A stretch of DNA of 35,112 bases, from positions 1 through 35,112 of the IMG/VR virus record IMGVR_UViG_3300047403_000032; one strand, written 5' to 3'. Shown here piece by piece: positions 8,634 to 15,886 of the stretch; position 1 is the stretch's first letter, and the number at the start of each line of letters is the position of its first letter. The notes under the pieces are model-generated. The model worked only from the letters and a program-made list of their open reading frames with translations. It searched no databases and had not been told where the DNA came from. The DNA comes from a virus (lineage: Duplodnaviria > Caudoviricetes). Position numbers and translations under genes: made by a program.

Positions 8634-8667
8634 GGGGGCGCACCTTATGGGTGCGCTCCCTTTTTTT
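8634..8667 (+). terminator. Rho-independent terminator after the capsid genes
   Basis: GGGGGCGCACC-TTATG-GGTGCGCTCCC stem followed by T7. Confidence 0.85.
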
Positions 8668-8970
8668 ATGCATATCATCACCAGCCTCCCCGGTGAAGGG
8701 GCCGTGAAAGACGCCCTCATCCGAGAGATAAGGACAGGGTTTGAGCTCATCAAGGCCAACGAGAAGAAGGAGGAAATCGTAGCTGCCCATGAGGCCCAGA
8801 AGTGGAAGGGCCATAAGACGATTCCCGGCCTAGGAAAGGCTGTAGCCTTCTATCCCGCTGATGAGTATTTCCGTCTTATCCGTAAGTTTGGGAGGCACGA
8901 GGTGAACAGCAAGGAGTTCATCAAGTACCATCAGAAGAAGTTTCCCCATTTGGCTCCTAACAAGATTTGA
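8668..8970 (+). CDS. hypothetical head-module protein
   Basis: ATG directly after the terminator T-tract; 100 aa; TGATG overlap with the next gene. Confidence 0.7.
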   Translation: MHIITSLPGEGAVKDALIREIRTGFELIKANEKKEEIVAAHEAQKWKGHKTIPGLGKAVAFYPADEYFRLIRKFGRHEVNSKEFIKYHQKKFPHLAPNKI

Positions 8971-9581
8971 TGCAAACCGACACCTACAGCAATCTCCTGT
9001 CCTTGGTTAAGGGGCTGTCGGGTAACACTACCCTGACGGACGCTGAAACCACGTTGGTGGGTAGCTTCATCAATCGGCGTGCCTACAATGCCTATCGGCG
9101 TAATGCCTATTGGCCGCGTTATCTGGTGTTAGGCGAGGCTAGGGCTGCGTCCTCCAGTGTTATTCCCTTCACGCAGTCCACCCTCAATTCCATTGATACG
9201 TTCCTTCGTATCTACGATGAGGCTCCCTACGTTACCAATAGCGTGGACGAGTTTGAGTTTGTGGTTACGAATGATGGAGCCAAGGTGATTAGCAACACGG
9301 ATAGCCTCACCACCTTCTACGTCGATTACAAGAAGCGTTGGGATGGGGACTATAATTCCACGACCAATCAGAACGTACCCCTTGAGTTCTTCCATTACGC
9401 TGCTCATGGGGCGTTTGCCGACTTTCTGAGGTATGATGGGCAGAATGAGAAGGCTGCGGCTGAGGAAGCCTATGCGGAGAGCCTTCTTGTGCTAGAATTG
9501 GAGAACGCAATGAATCAACGCAATGCCAACAAGGCGGCAGGGCGTTTCCGCAGTCATTCCACCTCTCAATCCCGTTTTTAA
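8970..9581 (+). CDS. head-tail adaptor (tail tubular protein A-like)
   Basis: ~203 aa in the adaptor position; N-terminal helices and a VPLEFFHYAAHGAFADFLR C-terminal helix. Confidence 0.65.
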   Translation: MQTDTYSNLLSLVKGLSGNTTLTDAETTLVGSFINRRAYNAYRRNAYWPRYLVLGEARAASSSVIPFTQSTLNSIDTFLRIYDEAPYVTNSVDEFEFVVTNDGAKVISNTDSLTTFYVDYKKRWDGDYNSTTNQNVPLEFFHYAAHGAFADFLRYDGQNEKAAAEEAYAESLLVLELENAMNQRNANKAAGRFRSHSTSQSRF

Positions 9582-9583
9582 TC

Positions 9584-9910
9584 ATGGCTAACTCCCGCAT
9601 CGTCAACACCCCGTCTCAGGCTATCCCGCAGAATGGGGCTACGCACAAGCAGAACACGATTAGCAGCACTGCTGAGGACATCATTGATTTCACCCTCCAG
9701 AGTGACACTACCCATGTGTTTGTGCAGTTTACGGGAGCCAATGCCCGTGTGACGCTGGATGGCTCTACGAGTCCCACGACGAGCCTTGGGTTCCAATATC
9801 CCGATGGTTCCACGGCTTATTGGACCCGTACTCAGGCCTTGAAGGCTAAAGCCATCCGTGATGATTCGACGGATGTGGTGGTTGAGATTCAGGAGCTTAA
9901 CTACCTGTAA
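9584..9910 (+). CDS. small beta-rich virion protein
   Basis: 108 aa with the motif RVTLDGSTSPTTSLG; position in the structural module. Confidence 0.6.
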   Translation: MANSRIVNTPSQAIPQNGATHKQNTISSTAEDIIDFTLQSDTTHVFVQFTGANARVTLDGSTSPTTSLGFQYPDGSTAYWTRTQALKAKAIRDDSTDVVVEIQELNYL

Positions 9911-10020
9911 TGTTTTTGGATGCCCCAATTCTTGTCCGTCCATTTTCACCAAGCAATGGAATAACTCCATTACTTTGTGACAGGGAGTTCTGGGTGGATG
10001 TCTTGATGTCGCGTCCTTGA
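9910..10020 (+). CDS. 36-aa protein, paralog of the N-terminus of the next gene
   Basis: TAATG-coupled ORF MFLDAPILVRPFSPSNGITPLLCDREFWVDVLMSRP, absent from the ORF track; 22/36 identical to the next protein. Confidence 0.7.
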   Translation: MFLDAPILVRPFSPSNGITPLLCDREFWVDVLMSRP

Positions 10021-10021
10021 T

Positions 10022-10225
10022 ATGCAGTTTGACGTTCCAATCCTTGTCAGACCGTTCACGTCCAATAAGGGCGTAACTCCGCTTAATGCCGATAGGGAGC
10101 TTTGGAGCGATGTCATTCTAAGCCGCCCACAGACGGTTGATCCTGACATCATTTACAGCCTAGTCACTGATAGCGGAGATCGTTTAGTTGACGACTTGTC
10201 CAATCCTTTAATTGCCGTAACCTAA
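10022..10225 (+). CDS. small virion/tail-fibre-associated protein
   Basis: 67 aa ending in LVTDSGDRLVDDLSNPLIA, a type of motif I recall directly before podovirus fibre genes. Confidence 0.7.
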   Translation: MQFDVPILVRPFTSNKGVTPLNADRELWSDVILSRPQTVDPDIIYSLVTDSGDRLVDDLSNPLIAVT

Positions 10226-10226
10226 C

Positions 10227-12131
10227 ATGGCCGACATTCGCATCAATTCCCTCCCGTCCACTGCTACGTCCACGGCTTCTGACGATTTCTTCGCCATTGA
10301 CGGCACGACGAACGGCACCCGCAAGATGGCGGCTAGGACGCCTGTGTTCAACAGCGTCACGGGTAACACCACCACCGACCTCACCCTCTCCGGTGGCAGC
10401 AGCGGCGCGAGTCTGGTGCTGGGGCAGGGGGCGAGTGGGAGCGCTACGGTAAATCGACGACTAGTATTTAGCGCCGATACGTCGGGGTATGACAAGGATG
10501 CCAACATATCTAATTACTCGGCATCAAACGGTGTCTATCTGAATGGAAATGCCGGTGGCTGGTTGCAGATTGCGGGCGATGGAACGCGCTATTCGACAAT
10601 TCGGATTAATGGTGGGGCAACAGGAGCAATTGAGTTTAATTACGCCAATAGTCCCGTTGCCAAACTTACAACCAACCTCCTCATCGGCGGCACGACCGAC
10701 ATCACCGGCAGCGGCGGGCTGAAGGTTTACGGCACCACGGCGGCTAGTTCCTCGACCACGGGAGCCTTGCAGATTGGCGGGGCTACGGCAGCAACTGGCG
10801 TGGGGATTGGCGGGGGGAACATTTACGCCGGTAGCAAAATTGTTCTATCAGCGGGAACCGATAACACGACGGCACTGTGGTGGGGAACGGAACTAGCCCT
10901 TTACCGTTCGACAAACAATACACTTAATCTTCAAGTTTCTGGTCGGCCAAACCTTATTCTTGAGGCTACATCTAATGCCGGTGCAAGTTTGTTTTTAAAA
11001 GCGTATTCTGGAGCTGGCTCAAGACGCACATGGTCATTTCAAACTGACGTTACAGTTGCATCGGATTTTGCGTTGCAGCAGTCAACGGCGGAAGGTGGTT
11101 CCACTTACACGAACGCGCTTTATTTCGATGCTTCGCGCAACGCCACTATTGGCGGCAACCTGACGGTGAGCGGGACGGGGACGAGCAGCTTTGCGGGTAA
11201 ACTGACCGCGACGAACAGCCCAGCCGCCAACACCGATGCCACGGCCATCGTTGGCACCCTTGGTTCAATTACTGGAGACCTCAATAAGACCTACATTGGA
11301 GTTTCAGTAGGTAACATTTCGGGCAGCGCGACTGATCTTCGACAGGACATTCGCGGTATTGATGTCGGCACCATCACGACGAGTGCCAGCGGTCAGTATG
11401 TCGGAACGCAAGGCGCGATTGTCCAAGGCATTAAGGTTGGTCAGATTACCGGCAGCGGCACCGTTGTTCCCAATGGCTATCCCGCCTACGGAATTAACGT
11501 CGTCGGCATCAGCTCCCCCGGTGCGAACATCGGTCTTAACGTCGGAACGATTACCGGCGGAACAAGCAACATCTCAATCAAGACGGGAAGTGGTGTTGTT
11601 TCGATCGGAGACACCACCGACACCACCGGAGAAGGCAGCGGCGCGTTGCAGGTGGCGGGCGGGGCGTTTGTGAAGAAGGCGATTTACGGCGGAACCAAAC
11701 TAGTCCTTACTGACACCAGCGGCACCAGCGCGGGCGGGATTGGGTTTGGGACGGATACGAGTTTTTATCGTTCTGCCGCAGGTATTCTTACGCTCGACAC
11801 GTCTGGAGGATTCCAAGGTTTTGAGGCTCGGAAGAATGGCACCCTAAACTTGGCGGTTTACAATAATTCCGCGAATACGTTCATCAGTTATTTGAGTACG
11901 GGAACGCTGACGATCCAGACCACTACAGGCACCGCTGCACTCACGCTGGATACTTCGCAGAACGCGACATTTGCGGGAACAGTAAAGACCGTGGCCCCGA
12001 CCAGCGGCACCGCGAAAGCGTGGAAGCTCGGTGAGGCAGCTACCGTTTCACCCACGTCCCCGAACCGCACCATCCGCGTCGAAATCGACGGCACCGTTTA
12101 CTACATCGCGGCCAAGACCACCAACGACTAA
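10227..12131 (+). CDS. tail fibre / receptor-binding protein
   Basis: 634 aa, G/T/S-rich; N-terminal MADIRINSLP anchor; two related internal modules; C-terminal IRVEIDGTVYYIAA. Confidence 0.85.
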   Translation: MADIRINSLPSTATSTASDDFFAIDGTTNGTRKMAARTPVFNSVTGNTTTDLTLSGGSSGASLVLGQGASGSATVNRRLVFSADTSGYDKDANISNYSASNGVYLNGNAGGWLQIAGDGTRYSTIRINGGATGAIEFNYANSPVAKLTTNLLIGGTTDITGSGGLKVYGTTAASSSTTGALQIGGATAATGVGIGGGNIYAGSKIVLSAGTDNTTALWWGTELALYRSTNNTLNLQVSGRPNLILEATSNAGASLFLKAYSGAGSRRTWSFQTDVTVASDFALQQSTAEGGSTYTNALYFDASRNATIGGNLTVSGTGTSSFAGKLTATNSPAANTDATAIVGTLGSITGDLNKTYIGVSVGNISGSATDLRQDIRGIDVGTITTSASGQYVGTQGAIVQGIKVGQITGSGTVVPNGYPAYGINVVGISSPGANIGLNVGTITGGTSNISIKTGSGVVSIGDTTDTTGEGSGALQVAGGAFVKKAIYGGTKLVLTDTSGTSAGGIGFGTDTSFYRSAAGILTLDTSGGFQGFEARKNGTLNLAVYNNSANTFISYLSTGTLTIQTTTGTAALTLDTSQNATFAGTVKTVAPTSGTAKAWKLGEAATVSPTSPNRTIRVEIDGTVYYIAAKTTND

Positions 12132-12143
12132 CTCTAACCACCT

Positions 12144-12410
12144 ATGAATCCTAACCTCATCGTCATTGATCCCGTCACCCTCTGGACGCCCACCGGCACC
12201 AAAACCGCCGTTGGTTTTAACGTGCGTTACGTCAATTACCAGAACGGTCCCGCCGTGGCCGACTGCCAACTTCTCGACGCCTCTGGTGCCGAGGTGAGCA
12301 GCCAACTGGTCAACGCCACCGCCGAGCAGACTGCGGCGTGGAATGGTGATGACGATGTGCCGTTCTATCGCGTGCTGGCAGAGAACGCTGGCCTCACTCC
12401 GGTTGTTTGA
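12144..12410 (+). CDS. putative tail fibre assembly chaperone
   Basis: 88 aa directly after the fibre, ending W.GDDD...LAENAGLT. Confidence 0.55.
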   Translation: MNPNLIVIDPVTLWTPTGTKTAVGFNVRYVNYQNGPAVADCQLLDASGAEVSSQLVNATAEQTAAWNGDDDVPFYRVLAENAGLTPVV

Positions 12411-12868
12411 TGCGTGAGCAGCTAAAGGCTGCTTTCACCAGTTGGCCCCATTGCATTGCCACCTATGTGGCCTTGCTTGGGGCCGCTTGGCTTTTGGCCT
12501 TTGGATGGAAGCCTGTTAAGGTAGACTTCCCCATTTATGTGGTGGATAGTCCTGATGTGGCCGCGACCCAGAAGGCTAAGGAGATTGGCGGCAAAACATG
12601 GGCTGTGGGGTTTACGGGGTCAATGAAGCCCCTGCTTCAGGGCGGGGAAGTAGTCGTCACCCAGCATAACTTTGATAACTTGAAAGTGGGTGAGGTGGTG
12701 GTTTACACGGCTACTTACCACGATAAGCCCATCATCCATAGAACCGCCCAGAAGGATAGCTATGGGTGGTTGATGTCGGGCGATTCATCCCCTGTGTCAG
12801 AAAGCTGGGCTAGGGTGACAAAGGACAACTACTTGGGTACGGCTGTGGTAGGCTATAGGTCCAAATGA
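12410..12868 (+). CDS. signal peptidase I-like protein (S26, Ser-His type)
   Basis: N-terminal TM helix; TGSMKPLLQGGEVVV (catalytic Ser), VGEVVVY, PIIHR (His), MSGDSS. Confidence 0.75.
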   Translation: MREQLKAAFTSWPHCIATYVALLGAAWLLAFGWKPVKVDFPIYVVDSPDVAATQKAKEIGGKTWAVGFTGSMKPLLQGGEVVVTQHNFDNLKVGEVVVYTATYHDKPIIHRTAQKDSYGWLMSGDSSPVSESWARVTKDNYLGTAVVGYRSK

Positions 12869-13209
12869 CGCCTAAGTCTGAAAGCGCACGCGAGGCTACA
12901 GCCCGCGCCATTGGCAAGCACGGGTTGATTTACATCACCCTCATCATCCTTATTGGGGTGGGGGCTTCTGCCTTCCTATCTGAGTCTGCCATCACAGCCG
13001 TTATGACGATGGTGGGCGGGGCTTTGGTGGCCCTGATTAACATGATGCAAGGCATTACTGGGACGAAGGATAAGGAAGACAAACCCGAGTTCCAAATCAT
13101 TGGCGAACTCATCCAGAGGTTGGAGGCCAGCAATGAGCCTATGTCCGTCACGGTGGATGGGAATAAGGTGGTTGTAAGCAAGGGAACCTCTACGTTTACC
13201 AGCAAATGA
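12865..13209 (+). CDS. two-TM membrane protein (holin-like)
   Basis: Two hydrophobic helices followed by a charged tail. Confidence 0.6.
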   Translation: MTPKSESAREATARAIGKHGLIYITLIILIGVGASAFLSESAITAVMTMVGGALVALINMMQGITGTKDKEDKPEFQIIGELIQRLEASNEPMSVTVDGNKVVVSKGTSTFTSK

Positions 13210-13379
13210 AATCAACGGTGAATAGTGCGGGTGTATACACAAAACCTACCTTGCGGAAGAACCTCTTTCGTCGCATCCTCCTAGGGGATAAGGGTGGCAG
13301 GTCTGGCCAATGGTCAGCCCGTAAAGCCCAATTCCTAGCCTCTGCCTACAAGAAGGCTGGAGGAGGGTATAAGTCGTGA
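13206..13379 (+). CDS. small basic protein (DUF5872-like, N-terminal half)
   Basis: 57 aa, absent from the track: ...GDKGGRSGQWSARKAQFLASAYKKAGGGYKS; ATGA overlap. Confidence 0.75.
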   Translation: MKSTVNSAGVYTKPTLRKNLFRRILLGDKGGRSGQWSARKAQFLASAYKKAGGGYKS

Positions 13380-13609
13380 AAGCCCAGCAGCGATCATTGG
13401 TTGATTGGACCCGTCAGGAATGGCGCACATTGAGTGGCAAGCCTTCCTTGAAGACGGGGGAACGCTATTTGCCAGCCAAGGCTTGGGCCTCCCTGTCTGC
13501 TGGGGAGCGTGCCGCCACCAATGCCGCCAAGCGTAAGGCTATGAAGGCTGGGAAGCAGTTTTCCAAGCAGCCTAAGCGGATTGCCGAGAAGACGAGTAGA
13601 TTCCGTTAA
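13376..13609 (+). CDS. small basic protein (DUF5872-like, C-terminal half)
   Basis: QRSLVDWTRQEWRT...ERYLPAKAW...GKQFSKQP; GTGA overlap. Confidence 0.75.
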   Translation: MKAQQRSLVDWTRQEWRTLSGKPSLKTGERYLPAKAWASLSAGERAATNAAKRKAMKAGKQFSKQPKRIAEKTSRFR

Positions 13610-13647
13610 TTGCTTGCCAATCTAAGCATTTCTTTCAAAGGAAGGAT

Positions 13648-13803
13648 ATGGACCATAACCAAGCCCTCAATGCCCTGTACAATGCGGCGCGTCTTGCGCC
13701 CCTTAACGCTGCCGACCATGAGCTTGTCCGCAAGTGCGCGGAACAGCTTATGGAGGCTTTGAAGATCAAGGCCGTACCCTCGGAAGGCGACAAAACGCCT
13801 TAA
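13648..13803 (+). CDS. hypothetical helical protein
   Basis: 51 aa MDHNQALNALYNAARLAPLNAADHELVRKCAEQL..., preceded by AAGGAAGG; absent from the track. Confidence 0.65.
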   Translation: MDHNQALNALYNAARLAPLNAADHELVRKCAEQLMEALKIKAVPSEGDKTP

Positions 13804-13839
13804 AACGCAAGGAAACGCCCTTTCTGGGCATTTTAGAAC

Positions 13840-14301
13840 ATGGACCTAAGCACCCTCTTAGCTGGCCCCGTTGGGGGTATTCTCGGCCTAGGGGGTGCCA
13901 TTTTCCAGAAATGGATGTCCATGAAGGAGGCCAAGGACAACCATCAGATGAAGATGGAGGAGCTGAAGCTAGCCTCCCAGATTGACCTTCAGAAGGCAGA
14001 TATTGCGTTACGGCAGACTACGGAGGAGAAGAACGCCGAGTCGTTCACGGAGGCTGTGAAGGCTCAGGGCAACCTGAAAACCTCGTCAGGCATTGTCACA
14101 GACATCATTGCTCTCTTTAGACCGGGCCTCACCGTAGCCCTTTGGATTAGCTCAATTACGATGGCCATATGGTATCGTAATGACAATCCAGAGCTTATGG
14201 GCTTCATCATCACTTCCACCTTTGGGATGTTCTCCATCTCAGTTGGCTATTGGTTTGGTGTTCGTACCGAACAGAAGATGGCTGTGAGGGCTGTTAAATG
14301 A
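13840..14301 (+). CDS. holin-like protein (GTA 3TM holin-like)
   Basis: Gly-rich N-terminal helix, coiled coil, RP motif before the TM helices, GYWFG.R ending. Confidence 0.65.
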   Translation: MDLSTLLAGPVGGILGLGGAIFQKWMSMKEAKDNHQMKMEELKLASQIDLQKADIALRQTTEEKNAESFTEAVKAQGNLKTSSGIVTDIIALFRPGLTVALWISSITMAIWYRNDNPELMGFIITSTFGMFSISVGYWFGVRTEQKMAVRAVK

Positions 14302-14471
14302 ACATCCCTAGCCGTCAAATTGGAAGTGATGTCTTGGCGATGATTAGTGCCACTAGCTCCATTGCCGCATGGCAGGAACAGCTTGATTGGGCCTTGCGGA
14401 TTTTAGCCTCGCTCCTAGCCATTGCGGCTGGTGTCTATTCGATTGTGGTACGCTATCGTCGTAAGCGATGA
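14298..14471 (+). CDS. small membrane protein (holin-like)
   Basis: 57 aa ending WALRILASLLAIAAGVYSIVVRYRRKR; ATGA overlaps at both ends; absent from the track. Confidence 0.7.
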   Translation: MNIPSRQIGSDVLAMISATSSIAAWQEQLDWALRILASLLAIAAGVYSIVVRYRRKR

Positions 14472-14728
14472 ACAAGAAGTCAAAGGACGAGATGCCATGC
14501 AACCAACCGATGAAGAGTTGGAGGGCTGGAAAGAAGAAGGTGGTGAAGGCTTGTGCGAATGGGCAGGAGAGGATTGTCCATTTCGGTGATAGTTCCATGC
14601 AGGACTACACCCAGCATAAGAGCAAAGCCCGCAGGAAGTCCTATTGCGCTAGGTCTGGCGGGATTAAGGGCGGAGAAGGAAAGCTTTCAGCCAACTATTG
14701 GGCTAGGAAGGTGCTTTGGTCCTGCTAG
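14468..14728 (+). CDS. small basic protein (DUF5754/DUF6321-like)
   Basis: HFGDSSMQDYTQHK...RRKSYCAR...SANYWARKVLW motif. Confidence 0.7.
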   Translation: MNKKSKDEMPCNQPMKSWRAGKKKVVKACANGQERIVHFGDSSMQDYTQHKSKARRKSYCARSGGIKGGEGKLSANYWARKVLWSC

Positions 14729-14785
14729 CTGCCTCCCCTAGCGGGGAGGTGGAGGGGGAAACGACTTTCTGTCAACACCAAACTT

Positions 14786-14923
14786 ATGAGCAAATCAGGC
14801 GAACGCTACAAAACGAAGGCGCAGATGAAGCGTCACGAAATGTCCGAGTCCAAGAAGGACCGCATGATGGAGTATGGCTCCATGAAGACCAAGAATCATG
14901 GCACTAAGCGAAAGATGTGCTAA
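14786..14923 (+). CDS. small basic protein
   Basis: 45 aa MSKSGERYKTKAQMKRHEMSESKKDRMMEYG...; absent from the track. Confidence 0.6.
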   Translation: MSKSGERYKTKAQMKRHEMSESKKDRMMEYGSMKTKNHGTKRKMC

Positions 14924-14925
14924 CC

Positions 14926-15066
14926 ATGCCCCTCACCAAGAAAGGTAAGAAGATTATGGCCGCGATGCAGGAGGAGTACGGCAAGGAGCGCGGTCAGCGT
15001 GTGTTTTACGCCTCTGCCAACAAGGGCAAAATCAAGGGCGTAGATTTCAAGCGCAAGCGGCGTTAA
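14926..15066 (+). CDS. small basic protein
   Basis: 46 aa MPLTKKGKKIMAAMQEEYGKERGQRVFYASANKGKIKGV..., a phage peptide type I recognise as widespread; absent from the track. Confidence 0.7.
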   Translation: MPLTKKGKKIMAAMQEEYGKERGQRVFYASANKGKIKGVDFKRKRR

Positions 15067-15082
15067 ATGGTAGGATAGGCGT

Positions 15083-15886
15083 ATGCCTGTCCTTTCCACA
15101 TTTGGCGCGGCTAGTGTTCGCGCCTTTGGAGCTTTTGGCCTTCAAGGTTCCGCAGCTTCATTCATCGCAGCTACGGGTGGCACTGTAACTACGTCTGGTA
15201 ATTACAAGTATCACACTTTCACGTCAGATGATAACTTCGTAGTTACGGCTGCTCCTGCTGGGAAGTACATCGACGTACTGCTTGTTGGTGGCGGTGGTGC
15301 TTCTGGTGGCAACTACAGTGGCGGCGGCGGTGGCGGTGTCATCATCAGGGAAGGCGAAGAAATTGGAGTTGGGTCTTACTCCGTCACCATTGGTGCAGCC
15401 GGTAATGGTGCTGGTGTGAATGGTGGAAATACCATTGGCTTTGGACTTACTGCTCTTGGTGGTGGTGGTGGTGGTATCAGTGGTTATCCCGACAATTATG
15501 TCGCCGGTAAGTCTGGAGGAAGCGGCGGTGGTGCTGCTGCTATTTTTGGTGGCACTTCTGGCCCTCCCGTATCCAGTGCTGCTGGTGCTGGTCTTCAGCC
15601 CACTTCTTCCAGTGGCGGGTTTGGTAATGCTGGTGGAACTGCTGTTGCCATTAGTATTCCCGGTGGAACATCGATGGTAGGAGCCGCAGGTGGTGGTGCT
15701 GGTGGTGCAGCCTCAGGAAACACTGCTGGTATTGGCAAGTCTGGCTCTCCGCTAAGCAGTAGCCTCTATGGTGCTGGCGCTGCTGCATCCACTCAGGCCA
15801 GTCAATATGGCGGTGGTGGTGGCGATCCTGCTTTTGGCGGATACGCCCTAGGGGGCATCGTCATCGTTCGTTATCTCTACCAATAA
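15083..15886 (+). CDS. glycine-rich virion protein
   Basis: ATGGTVTTSGNYKYHTFT, LLVGGGG, GGIVIVRY: glycine-rich domain. Confidence 0.8.
   Translation: MPVLSTFGAASVRAFGAFGLQGSAASFIAATGGTVTTSGNYKYHTFTSDDNFVVTAAPAGKYIDVLLVGGGGASGGNYSGGGGGGVIIREGEEIGVGSYSVTIGAAGNGAGVNGGNTIGFGLTALGGGGGGISGYPDNYVAGKSGGSGGGAAAIFGGTSGPPVSSAAGAGLQPTSSSGGFGNAGGTAVAISIPGGTSMVGAAGGGAGGAASGNTAGIGKSGSPLSSSLYGAGAAASTQASQYGGGGGDPAFGGYALGGIVIVRYLYQ

Noticed and set aside
7167-8759. 530-aa antisense ORF over the capsid and decoration genes
   Set aside because: Shadow ORF. The two sense genes share a frame and their biased codons rarely create antisense stops; the translation has no protein-like features.
10227-12410. Diversity-generating retroelement acting on the tail fibre
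   Set aside because: No reverse transcriptase gene and no TR/VR pair with adenine-specific mismatches was seen.
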